Source: Deltaproteobacteria bacterium (GTDB taxonomy: Bacteria > Desulfobacterota > Syntrophia > Syntrophales > UBA2210). Taken from it: DNA of 62,009 nucleotides. Under the pieces are notes generated by a model that had not been told where the DNA came from, did no database searches, and saw only the letters and a list, made by a program, of their open reading frames with translations. Shown piece after piece: positions 36,824-45,480 of the stretch (position 1 is its first letter; every line of letters begins with the position of its first letter). Made by a program: the position numbers and the translations under genes. The stretch is from assembly GCA_026388515.1 (NCBI GenBank), contig JAPLJO010000032.1, positions 1 through 62,009 of the forward strand. Reading direction: 5' to 3'.

Positions 36824-37822
36824 ATGGATAAAAACTGGCGCAACCTTATTAAACCAAAACGAATAGAGGTTGACGAAAAAACGCATACCCGTTCATACGG
36901 GGAATTTGACTGCCAGCCTCTGGAGAAGGGATTTGGCATTACGCTGGGCAACACGCTGCGCCGCGTCCTCTTGTCCTCGATTTACGGAGCCGCTATTGTA
37001 TCAGTAAAGTTTGCCGGCGTTCTGCACGAGTTCTCCACCGTCCCCGGAGTCAAGGATGATGTGACGGATATCATTCTGAATCTCAAGGGTGTCCGCCTGA
37101 AAATGCATCACGACGGCCCCCGTATTATCCGCATCGATGCCGCGAAAGAAGGCGTCATCAAGGCTGGTGATATCATCACCGACGACTCGGTGGATGTATT
37201 GAATCCCGACCACTATATCGCGACCCTCACGCCCGGTGCGAAGCTGAAGGCCGAGATGGTCGTAAAAATGGGCAAAGGCTACGTGCCGGCGAAACGGGAG
37301 CGGGACCCCGATCAGCCGGAGGGGACCATCAATATCGACGCCCTCTTCTCGCCCATCAAGAAAGTCGCCTACGCGGTTTCCAACGCCCGTGTGGGGCAGA
37401 TTACCGATTATGACAGGCTCACTCTTGAAGTGTGGACCGACGGGAGCGTTCACCCCGAGGATGCGGTGGCCTATGCCGCGAAGATATTGAAGGAACAGCT
37501 CGATGTCTTCATTAATTTCGAGGAAATGGCCCTGCCGGAATCAGGCGTGAAACCCCCGCCGGAAGGCCTGATAAATGAAAATCTCTACAAGAGCGTCGAT
37601 GAGCTGGAGCTTTCGGTCCGCTCGGCAAACTGCCTGAAAAACGCCGGCATCCAGTACATCGGGGAGCTGGTGCAGAAAACCGAGGCGGAGATGCTCAAGA
37701 CGAAAAATTTCGGAAGGAAATCACTCAACGAGATAAAGGAAATTCTCACCGAGATGGGACTGGGTCTTGGCATAAAAATGGAATTCACACCTCCTGTCAG
37801 AAGCAAGGATGAAGATAAGTGA
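36824..37822 (+). CDS. rpoA: RNA polymerase alpha subunit
   Basis: [17 protein letters not shown] and the C-terminal domain [13 protein letters not shown]. Confidence 0.97.
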   Translation: MDKNWRNLIKPKRIEVDEKTHTRSYGEFDCQPLEKGFGITLGNTLRRVLLSSIYGAAIVSVKFAGVLHEFSTVPGVKDDVTDIILNLKGVRLKMHHDGPRIIRIDAAKEGVIKAGDIITDDSVDVLNPDHYIATLTPGAKLKAEMVVKMGKGYVPAKRERDPDQPEGTINIDALFSPIKKVAYAVSNARVGQITDYDRLTLEVWTDGSVHPEDAVAYAAKILKEQLDVFINFEEMALPESGVKPPPEGLINENLYKSVDELELSVRSANCLKNAGIQYIGELVQKTEAEMLKTKNFGRKSLNEIKEILTEMGLGLGIKMEFTPPVRSKDEDK

Positions 37823-37870
37823 TGGCTTTTACGAAAAGTCATTAGTGACACGTGAAAGGAATGCTCGACA

Positions 37871-38287
37871 ATGCGACACCGTAAGGCGGGTAAGAAATTA
37901 GGAAGAACCTCAAGCCACAGAAACGCCATGCTGAGAAACCTGGTAACCTCGCTCCTGAAGCACGAGCGGGTGGTGACCACCGATACGAAGGCGAAGCTGG
38001 TGCGGAGCACGGCGGAAAAAATGATTACCCTGGGAAAGAAGGGCACTCTTCACGCACGCCGTCAGGCCCTTGCCTTCATCAGGGACCGCGAGGTGGCGGC
38101 ACGGGTGTTTGACGAATACTCGGCGCGCTATGCGACGAGGGCGGGCGGCTACACCCGCGTGGTGAAGACAGGATACCGTGTGGGAGACTCCGCCCCTGTT
38201 TCCATCGTGGAGTTGATTTCCGACGAGAAGAAGAAAAAGGCGAAAGATAAGGCCGCGAAATCAAAAAAGAAGGAAAAAAGCGAATAA
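37871..38287 (+). CDS. rplQ: 50S ribosomal protein L17 with Lys-rich tail
   Basis: [24 protein letters not shown]. Confidence 0.95.
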   Translation: MRHRKAGKKLGRTSSHRNAMLRNLVTSLLKHERVVTTDTKAKLVRSTAEKMITLGKKGTLHARRQALAFIRDREVAARVFDEYSARYATRAGGYTRVVKTGYRVGDSAPVSIVELISDEKKKKAKDKAAKSKKKEKSE

Positions 38288-38307
38288 CCCGATAACCGGT
38301 TCGAATG

Positions 38308-38338
38308 AAAAGGCAAGGTTTCCACCTTGCCTTTTTTA
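38308..38338 (+). terminator. Rho-independent terminator of the alpha operon
   Basis: ggcaaggt/accttgcc 8-bp stem with ttcc loop, followed by TTTTTT. Confidence 0.8.
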
Positions 38339-38457
38339 TTCTTGATTTTTGACCGTCAAATGAGATACCTTTCAAAACAATCATAATTATAGAGGTTTAT
38401 ATCAGGTCAGTATAAGCGGCACAAAGTGCCGGTAGAGATGAGCAAGGAGGAAAGACC

Positions 38458-38718
38458 ATGGGAGAAGTCAAGGTGGGCGAGGTGGTGAAATTTTTCGCGA
38501 AACCGAGCGTTGCCGCGGTCAAGATCGTTGCCGGCGAACTCAAGGTGGGCGATACGATTAAATACGTCGGTCATACGACCGATCTTGATGATACAGTCGG
38601 CTCGATGGAAATCAACAACGAGCAAATCGAAAAGGCCGTCGCGGGCGATTATATCGGAATAAAAGTAGCGGACCGGGTACGGCCGGGCGACGAGGTCTTT
38701 GTCGTCACCCCCGACTAA
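38458..38718 (+). CDS. Stand-alone translation-factor domain-II-like beta-barrel protein, 86 aa
   Basis: Strong SD (aaggagg). The pattern V..F.K..VA.VKI..GELKVGD.I...G......V.S.E.....I..A.AGD.IGIKV...VR.GD.V resembles EF-Tu/IF2 domain II. It has its own terminator. Confidence 0.6.
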   Translation: MGEVKVGEVVKFFAKPSVAAVKIVAGELKVGDTIKYVGHTTDLDDTVGSMEINNEQIEKAVAGDYIGIKVADRVRPGDEVFVVTPD

Positions 38719-38756
38719 ACAAGAGGGATTAATTTCATTCGCCATGATGGCGGTCG

Positions 38757-38792
38757 GCCATGGGCAGCCGTAAGCGTGTCCATGGCTTTTTT
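38757..38792 (+). terminator. Rho-independent terminator
   Basis: gccatgg/ccatggc stem with a 16-nt loop, followed by TTTTTT. Confidence 0.6.
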
Positions 38793-38850
38793 ATGCCGGG
38801 GGCGCGACGACAAGAACGCATCAGCACTTCAGGAATGGTGATGCCTTCCC

Positions 38851-40110
38851 ATGAGGCCATTCAATACAGTTAAATATCTTGCCGGACTGGAGCGCCGGGG
38901 AATCCATCTCGGGCTCGGTCCCGTGCGGCGTTTGCTTCACCGGCTGCACGATCCCCAGGATACCTTCCGCTCCATCCTCGTGGGAGGCACCAACGGAAAG
39001 GGTTCGACGGCCGCCTCCCTTGCTTCCATACTGCAGGCGGCTCACTTCCGCGTGGGGCTCTACACCTCGCCGCACCTCGTCGATGTCACCGAGAGAATCC
39101 GCGTCAGCGGCGTTATCATCGGGAAGAATGCCTTTTCCCGGCTCGCCGCAGAAGTGAGCCGGAAGGATGACGGGCACGTCACCTATTTCGAGTTTCTGAC
39201 CGCCCTTGCCTTTCTCCATTTCGCCCGCCTGCGTGTGGATATCGCCGTCCTCGAGGTGGGGATGGGCGGAAGGCTCGATGCCGTCAACACGGTTCTTCCC
39301 GAAGTATCCGTCATTACCAATGTGTCCTCCGACCACCGGGAGTATCTCGGCTACGACCTCGCCTCCATTGCCCGCGAGAAAGGCGGCATCATACCGCGCC
39401 GCGGCGTCTGTGTCACCGCGGCGCAGGGGACATCCGTGCTGGGCACGCTGGAGGAAATATCCGTCCGCAGGAGGGCGAAACTCATACGTGTGGGGCGGGA
39501 CGTGCGCGTCCGTTCTTGCGGCGCGGGTCTTTTTTCATACTATGGGAAAGAAAGAACCGTGAGGAATCTCACGCTCCCCCTCATCGGCAGGCATCAGGCC
39601 GCCAACGCCGCCTGCGCCCTGGGCGCCGTGGAGGTGCTCGGCACAAGAGGTTTTGCAATCGGCGACGATGCAGTGAGGCAGGGGCTCGCACGGGTCACCT
39701 GGGAGGGGCGGCTGGAAGTGGCGGCGCGCAATCCCCTTGTGGTCCTTGACGGGGCGCACAATCCGGCGGCTGTCTCCGCGCTCTGCCGGGCGCTTGCCGG
39801 CTCGTTCTCCTACCGCAGGCTCATCGTTGTCTTCAGCGTCCTTGCGGACAAGGAATATCGACCGATGTTACGGACCCTCGCCCGCTATACCGACCATATC
39901 ATTGTCACCGGTCTCGATGAGAAACGTGCCCTTCCGCCTGCCCGCATCGAAGAGGCGGCGCGGAAATATCATGCCTCCGTGGAACGCATTGATGATCCTG
40001 CGCGCGCCCTTGCCCGCGCGAGGAAGCGTGCGGCAGCCGGCGACCTTATCTGTGTCACCGGGTCCCTCTATCTCATCGGTGCAGTCAAAAGAAACTCTCT
40101 TTTGACGTGA
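38851..40110 (+). CDS. folC: Folylpolyglutamate synthase/dihydrofolate synthase
   Basis: VGGTNGKGST P-loop and Mur-ligase-like layout. 419 aa. Confidence 0.85.
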   Translation: MRPFNTVKYLAGLERRGIHLGLGPVRRLLHRLHDPQDTFRSILVGGTNGKGSTAASLASILQAAHFRVGLYTSPHLVDVTERIRVSGVIIGKNAFSRLAAEVSRKDDGHVTYFEFLTALAFLHFARLRVDIAVLEVGMGGRLDAVNTVLPEVSVITNVSSDHREYLGYDLASIAREKGGIIPRRGVCVTAAQGTSVLGTLEEISVRRRAKLIRVGRDVRVRSCGAGLFSYYGKERTVRNLTLPLIGRHQAANAACALGAVEVLGTRGFAIGDDAVRQGLARVTWEGRLEVAARNPLVVLDGAHNPAAVSALCRALAGSFSYRRLIVVFSVLADKEYRPMLRTLARYTDHIIVTGLDEKRALPPARIEEAARKYHASVERIDDPARALARARKRAAAGDLICVTGSLYLIGAVKRNSLLT

Positions 40111-40172
40111 TTTTGTGTTAATGAAAGGCCGTTTCTCGTAATTCCCTTACATTTCAGAATATTGCAGATAAA

Positions 40173-42344
40173 ATGGGTCGCATAATCCTTTGCCTCATCC
40201 TCATTCTTGCCGCCGGGATCCGGGGCGCTCCTGCCGCCGATATAATATCGGCCGGCAAAGGCCCCGTCAGCATCGAGGCGGCCCGGATGACCTATCACAG
40301 TGAACGGAAGGTCTATGAGGCGGAGGGTGACGTGGTCATCACCTTCCAGGGCGGCACCCTCAGGGCTGACCGGGTCGTCTTCGACAACGTGACACAAGAG
40401 GCCGAAGCCCGGGGCCACGTGGTTGCAGTGAGTGAGGGCGACACCCTCGAAGGTGAGCATCTGCGCTTCAATGTTGAGACGAAGACGGGCATCCTCGACG
40501 GGGGGACGCTCTTCATAAAGAAAAACCACTTCTACCTCCAGGCGGAGGAAATAGCAAAACGGGGGGACGCATCGTATACCTTCCGGGAGGCCCGCGCCAC
40601 CACCTGCGACGGACCGCTCCCCGACTGGCGGTTCACCGGTGCCGAAGCGGATGTCACGATAGACGGCTACGGTACGCTGAAACGCGGGACGTTCCAGGTG
40701 AGGGATGTCCCCGTCCTCTATGTGCCCTATCTGATTTTTCCGGCCAAGACGACCCGCCAGACGGGGTTCCTCTTCCCCCGGATCGCCTACAGCAGCAACG
40801 ACCTCGGCTGGGATGTGGGCATTCCCTTCTACTGGGCCGTGGGCGACAGCGCGGATGCCACCTTTTACCAGCGCTACATGGACAAGCGGGGCTTCCAGGA
40901 GGGAGCCGAATTCCGGTACTGCCTGAGCAAGGGGAACTTCGGCACCATCTACGGAGACTATCTCAACGATACGAAGGAAATCATCGAAAGTGAAGAGGAC
41001 GGACTCTCCCGCAACTGGCGTGAGAACAACAGAAGGTGGTCCTATTATATCAGCCACGAATCGCAACTGCCCGCCGGCATCTCTCTCCGGGCGGACCTCG
41101 CGAAGGTATCGGACATCTGGTATTTCAGGGACTTCGATTCATACAACTATTACCTCGACCACCGTGGTGAGGGCACGTTTGAACGCGTATCCTTTTCGGC
41201 CGACCGGTCGCTCGCCGCACTCGATTCGAAGGTCCGTCTTGTCAAGGAATGGCGTTTTTTCAATCTCATGGCGCTTGCCCAGTATACCGATAACCTTCAG
41301 AGCTACACCAATGACGACACGCTCCAGCGGTATCCCGAGGTAACCTTCACCGCCATCAGGCAGCCGATCTTCCAGACCCCGGTGAATATCGAACTGGAAT
41401 CACGGTACGATAACTTTTACCGGACCGCAGGCTACCGCGGGCATCTCTTCGATCATCACCCCGTCTTTTCTCTTCCCCTGCGGTACGGCTCGTATCTTCA
41501 GTTTACCCCCAAGATGGAACTCCGGTTCACCAGGTGGGATGCCTCTGTCAATCCCGATGATACGCAGGCGACCAACACGAGCAGAAAAATGTATTCCTTC
41601 GGGGGCGAGCTTTCCACCGAGGTATCGCGTATATTCGATGTGAAGATCGGTGCCGCTGAAAAGATTCGCCATGTGGTAAAACCCGAGTTCACCTACACCT
41701 ACACCCCCTATGTGTTTCAGGACGACCGCCCCGATTTCGTCCCGGAAATACCTGAGCAGAACAGCCTCACCTACGCGCTTTCCAACATACTGACGGCGCG
41801 GTACACCGATGATGACGGCACGGTAAAGTATCGTGAGTTTCTTTCACTCACCCTCAGCCAGACCTACGACATTCTTGAGGCCCGGAAGGATCCTGCTATT
41901 CCCGCCGATACACGCAGGCCCTTCGGGCAGATAGGCATGGAGATGGAATGCAATCCCGTGAAATATTTCTCGCTCGATGCCGATACAAAATACGACGTCA
42001 ACAGCGGTGAGTGGAAGGTAATCAATTCGCGGTGCGGCCTGAGTGACTGGCGCGATGACACGCTCTCGGTGGAATACCGCTACACGCAGAATTCCGTGGA
42101 GGAGGTGAATCTCTCGCTTTTGGCAAAGATTTCGGAATTGGTCGATTTCGGCTACGTGCTTCGCAAAAACCTCCTCGATGCACAGTACCTGGAGACGCGC
42201 TATAGTATTGACTACCACCGCCAGTGCTGGAGTGTGAACGCGAGCTACGCGGACGCCGACAACGACCGGCAGTTCATGGTGATTTTCTCGCTCTACGGCC
42301 TGGGCAAGGTGGGGAAAATCTCGGCGACGCCGGCGGAATGGTAA
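40173..42344 (+). CDS. lptD: LPS-assembly outer membrane protein LptD
   Basis: Signal peptide, OstA-like N-terminal beta-jellyroll (EAEGDVVITFQGGTLRADRV) and a large C-terminal barrel rich in Y/F-ended strands. Confidence 0.85.
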   Translation: MGRIILCLILILAAGIRGAPAADIISAGKGPVSIEAARMTYHSERKVYEAEGDVVITFQGGTLRADRVVFDNVTQEAEARGHVVAVSEGDTLEGEHLRFNVETKTGILDGGTLFIKKNHFYLQAEEIAKRGDASYTFREARATTCDGPLPDWRFTGAEADVTIDGYGTLKRGTFQVRDVPVLYVPYLIFPAKTTRQTGFLFPRIAYSSNDLGWDVGIPFYWAVGDSADATFYQRYMDKRGFQEGAEFRYCLSKGNFGTIYGDYLNDTKEIIESEEDGLSRNWRENNRRWSYYISHESQLPAGISLRADLAKVSDIWYFRDFDSYNYYLDHRGEGTFERVSFSADRSLAALDSKVRLVKEWRFFNLMALAQYTDNLQSYTNDDTLQRYPEVTFTAIRQPIFQTPVNIELESRYDNFYRTAGYRGHLFDHHPVFSLPLRYGSYLQFTPKMELRFTRWDASVNPDDTQATNTSRKMYSFGGELSTEVSRIFDVKIGAAEKIRHVVKPEFTYTYTPYVFQDDRPDFVPEIPEQNSLTYALSNILTARYTDDDGTVKYREFLSLTLSQTYDILEARKDPAIPADTRRPFGQIGMEMECNPVKYFSLDADTKYDVNSGEWKVINSRCGLSDWRDDTLSVEYRYTQNSVEEVNLSLLAKISELVDFGYVLRKNLLDAQYLETRYSIDYHRQCWSVNASYADADNDRQFMVIFSLYGLGKVGKISATPAEW

Positions 42345-42353
42345 ACCGTTTCA

Positions 42354-42563
42354 TTGAACAGAGCATATGGGCCAACGTGGGTGAAACAGGCTATGGCCGG
42401 TAAATCTTCCGACAGTCTTCCCGCTGTTCAAAAACCACCGGAGGGGCGTGTCCTGATTTATCAGGATGGAACGCTCAACCTTCAAGTCCGTCTCGAAGGG
42501 AGGATGGTCTGGATGCCGCAGTGTATGAAAAAAGTTGACAATAAAAGGGAAATACCATATTAA
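42354..42563 (+). pseudogene. Fragment of a RhuM-family gene (N-terminal ~26 aa of homology only)
   Basis: The track ORF contains VLIYQDGTLNLQVRLEGRMVWMPQ, matching the conserved RhuM N-terminus (LYQTEDG...EVRLE.ETVWLTQ). It then diverges and stops. Confidence 0.45.
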
Positions 42564-42592
42564 GTCAGTCAAGGTCTGGATTAATTTATTTG

Positions 42593-42639
42593 CCCCCCGC
42601 TGGACCAGCCGTAAGGCCTCTGGCGGGGTTATTTTTTTT
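42593..42639 (+). terminator. Rho-independent terminator after lptD/RhuM fragment
   Basis: ccccgc...gcgggg stem enclosing a gcc-gtaa-ggc inner stem, followed by T8 (42632-42639). A G9 run follows immediately (42642-42650). Confidence 0.6.
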
Positions 42640-42674
42640 CAGGGGGGGGGTGCGGCATGCCAGCTGAGCCCTAA

Positions 42675-43289
42675 GTAAAGCGCACAATTGCCTTTCTTGA
42701 CGGCCAGAATCTTTATTATCAAACCAAGGCCGCCTTCGGCTATCCTTACCCTAACTATGACCCTAAGAAGCTGGCAGAGCATATCTGTGCCGTAAATGGG
42801 TGGCAACTCACCGAAGTTTATTTTTATACCGGAGTTCCTTCCGAGATCGACAAACCGTTCTGGAACCATTTCTGGGCTGCAAAGATGGCCGTTATGGGGA
42901 CCAGAGGAATCAAAACATTCTCTCGCCCTCTCCGCTATAGGAATCAGACCATCGTCCTGCCTAACGGTGCAACAGTCGTGGCCCCGGTTGGTCAGGAAAA
43001 AGGTATCGATGTTCGAATGGCTCTTGATATCGTCCGCTATGCCCTTGATAACCGCTATGATGTAGCCCTGATCTTTAGTCAGGATCAGGATCTTTCCGAA
43101 GCGGTCGAGGATGTGAAAAAGATAGCCGTTCTCAATAACCGCTGGATCAAGCTTGCCTGTGCCTTTCCTGTCAGTCCGACGACTCCCAAGCCGCGTGGTA
43201 TTAACGGAACAGACTGGATTCGTATTGATCGGGCAACTTATGACGCCTGCATCGATCCGAATGACTACCGACCCAGCGAGGAAAGATGA
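42675..43289 (+). CDS. NYN/LabA-like (DUF88) domain protein; start unclear, possibly disrupted
   Basis: The open frame reads VKRTIAFLDGQNLYYQTKAAFGY...GQEKGIDVRMALDIV...ALIFSQDQDLSEAV. The ATG at 42657 is in frame but is followed by a TAA at 42672. The track ORF (42885) begins after the catalytic FLDG segment. Confidence 0.55.
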   Translation, partial: VKRTIAFLDGQNLYYQTKAAFGYPYPNYDPKKLAEHICAVNGWQLTEVYFYTGVPSEIDKPFWNHFWAAKMAVMGTRGIKTFSRPLRYRNQTIVLPNGATVVAPVGQEKGIDVRMALDIVRYALDNRYDVALIFSQDQDLSEAVEDVKKIAVLNNRWIKLACAFPVSPTTPKPRGINGTDWIRIDRATYDACIDPNDYRPSEER

Positions 43290-43402
43290 CACTTATTGAA
43301 GCCAAAGAGAAGGATTTGGGTTATTGGGGTACATATGATCATTTAGGTTTCTATTATTCAGGGAAAATGGGTAAAATTTCGACTGCAACACCTTCACGGT
43401 AA
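43286..43402 (+). CDS. Possible 38-aa ORF translationally coupled to the NYN gene (ATGA overlap)
   Basis: Manual translation gives MTLIEAKEKDLGYWGTYDHLGFYYSGKMGKISTATPSR. No recognisable family. Confidence 0.2.
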   Translation: MTLIEAKEKDLGYWGTYDHLGFYYSGKMGKISTATPSR

Positions 43403-43420
43403 GTCGGGAGACATAAGCTA

Positions 43421-44326
43421 TCAGTTTGAAAAACCATGATGCCTGCGATGCCAATCAAGGTAGTTGTACTCCGGCCAGTACTTCGGATCGCCAGGCAGAA
43501 AAATCCTTCGTCCTTCGAAATCCGCAAGACGCTGTCCCGGCACCCCTTCTTCGATAAACTTTTCTCTATTCACGAGCACCTTGTAATTATCATTTAATGA
43601 CCAGAGGCCGCGATCAAACTGCCAGTGAGCATTCTTCGTGAGGGCTATTCCATTACGCGGGTCATTGTTTCGGGAGTCACGGAATTCTTGAATATGAGCC
43701 GCGTCCACTATGCTTTCCATTTCAAGAGTGGTAATCCGATAACCCGTAAGCGCACAGGTATGTTTATAGGCGAGCACAACCACCTCAATACGAAAACGGG
43801 CATCACGTCCCGTTTGCACACTCGCCTTGAATAATTCTTTGTTATCATGGATTTCAGGTGTGGTTGGTCTGATTTTAAGCATGCTGTAGAGTGCAGCTCT
43901 TTCTTCCGGGCGGAAATACGGCTCCGTTTCGATCAGTACTCTTTGGGCCTGATCACGAAATCGTTGGTCGGCAAGACAGTCGAAAAAAGTCGGGTCAAGT
44001 CTGATTGCAGCAGTGAGTTTTTTGTCCGGTGAAGGAGCACCATCAACAGTCAGGGGTTGCCATATTCCGGACGATCCAAGATGATGGAACGGCAATCGAA
44101 CTTCGGGTGCCTGCTTTCGACGCTGGGCCACAATTGACCAGAATATACTGAACCTGAAAGCGAGATCGGGCGAAAGGGCAACTTCACGGTTCGTGATCTC
44201 GCCCTTGTCCATCATTTCGATGATGACTAACAAAAGAAGTGGTTTGTGTGGCGCCGGATTTCCATGTGCACGATCAATCCGCAACGTTGAGAGTTTATGC
44301 AACCAGTAGCGTTGGTCTTTTAACAT
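43421..44326 (-). CDS. HNH endonuclease (HNH_2-type) with N-terminal putative DNA-recognition domain, 301 aa
   Basis: C-terminus: CALTGYR...VDAAHIQEF...NDPRNGIALTKNAHWQFDRGLWS (HNH). N-terminus: PAPHKPLLLLVIIEMMDKGEI, a motif common in HNH restriction-like enzymes. Confidence 0.75.
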   Translation of the reverse strand: MLKDQRYWLHKLSTLRIDRAHGNPAPHKPLLLLVIIEMMDKGEITNREVALSPDLAFRFSIFWSIVAQRRKQAPEVRLPFHHLGSSGIWQPLTVDGAPSPDKKLTAAIRLDPTFFDCLADQRFRDQAQRVLIETEPYFRPEERAALYSMLKIRPTTPEIHDNKELFKASVQTGRDARFRIEVVVLAYKHTCALTGYRITTLEMESIVDAAHIQEFRDSRNNDPRNGIALTKNAHWQFDRGLWSLNDNYKVLVNREKFIEEGVPGQRLADFEGRRIFLPGDPKYWPEYNYLDWHRRHHGFSN

Positions 44327-44589
44327 TGTGTAGTTTATTTTTAAGAATCCCTAATAGAATGAAGCTGCTTTTTTACTTCACCTGCGGTATGTTCATACAA
44401 ATTCCGGGCGCACCATGCTTACGGTGAATTTTACTGTATTATTAACTCTGTGTGAACGATCAATACGAAGGATGATCCTCAAAGTCAATATGTATATTTC
44501 CCATGTATTTTTCCTGTTTTTGCTTGACAAACCTGCCGTAATTTCATAGCGTACCCGCCTTAGTGAGAAATGAAAGCCAATGGTGAAAC

Positions 44590-45018
44590 ATGAAGACCTA
44601 TAATGCAAAAAAGGATGAGATTACGAGGAATTGGTATCTCATTAATGCAGAGGGGAAAGTGGTCGGCAGGCTTGCCGTCGAAATCGCAAAAAGGCTCAGG
44701 GGAAAGCATAAACCCGTCTATACGCCTCATGTCGATACGGGTGATTTCGTTATCGTCGTGAATGCGAAAAAAGTTGCACTCTCGGGCGCGAAGATGGAGA
44801 AGAAAATATACTACCGCCACAGCGGATATCCCGGCGGATTGAAGCAGACCGCGGCGAAGAAGATGCTGGGCGAAAAGCCGGAAGAACTGCTCCGTCATGC
44901 CGTAAAGGGAATGCTTCCGAAAAATACCCTGGGTCGGCAGATGCTGAAGAAGCTCAAAATATACAGCGGGGGTACCCATCCCCACTCGGCACAGGTGCCG
45001 AAGGTACTGGAAGTATAA
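44590..45018 (+). CDS. rplM: 50S ribosomal protein L13
   Basis: [29 protein letters not shown]. Confidence 0.97.
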   Translation: MKTYNAKKDEITRNWYLINAEGKVVGRLAVEIAKRLRGKHKPVYTPHVDTGDFVIVVNAKKVALSGAKMEKKIYYRHSGYPGGLKQTAAKKMLGEKPEELLRHAVKGMLPKNTLGRQMLKKLKIYSGGTHPHSAQVPKVLEV

Positions 45019-45027
45019 CGCGAGGAG

Positions 45028-45426
45028 ATGACTATGGCGGCAAAAACGTACTATGCCACGGGACGGAGAAAAACCTCGGTGGCACGGGTGTGGATGAAAG
45101 AGGGGAAGGGAACCTTTACCGTCAATAAAAGAAATTTTGACGACTTCTTTACCCGCGATACTCTGAAGCGCATCATCATGCAGCCTCTTGAGCTGACCGA
45201 TAAGAAAAGCCACTTTGATTTTGACATAAATGTTGCTGGCGGCGGTGCCTCCGGACAGGCGGGAGCCATCAAGCACGGCATATCGCGGGCGCTTGTCGTC
45301 TTCGATGAGGCTCTGAAACCGGCATTGAAGAAGGCGGGATTCCTCACCAGGGATGCCCGTGCCAAGGAAAGAAAGAAATATGGCCAGCCCGGGGCGAGGA
45401 AACGGTTCCAGTATTCGAAACGATAA
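45028..45426 (+). CDS. rpsI: 30S ribosomal protein S9
   Basis: [14 protein letters not shown]...[17 protein letters not shown]. Confidence 0.97.
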   Translation: MTMAAKTYYATGRRKTSVARVWMKEGKGTFTVNKRNFDDFFTRDTLKRIIMQPLELTDKKSHFDFDINVAGGGASGQAGAIKHGISRALVVFDEALKPALKKAGFLTRDARAKERKKYGQPGARKRFQYSKR

Positions 45427-45438
45427 ACACACTACCTC

Positions 45439-45460
45439 AGGGGGCTTCGGCCCCCTTTTT
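45439..45460 (+). terminator. Rho-independent terminator of rplM-rpsI
   Basis: gggggc-ttcg-gccccc stem-loop, followed by TTTTT. Confidence 0.8.
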
Positions 45461-45480
45461 CATTAAGGGGGGATAGTGCC

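Noticed and set aside
40068-41066. 332-aa minus-strand ORF.
   Set aside because: It is antisense to the folC end and to lptD, with no recognisable motifs.
42642-42650. G9 homopolymer as a phase-variation switch for the NYN gene.
   Set aside because: The tract lies upstream of the ATG, so length changes cannot restore the frame or remove the TAA. Only a speculative promoter-spacing effect remains.
44524-44552. rplM promoter (TTGACA, 17 nt, TAGCGT).
   Set aside because: The -35 is perfect but the -10 matches only 3/6, which is too weak to list as a feature.
44560-45432. 290-aa minus-strand ORF.
   Set aside because: It is antisense to rplM-rpsI, so it is a shadow ORF.
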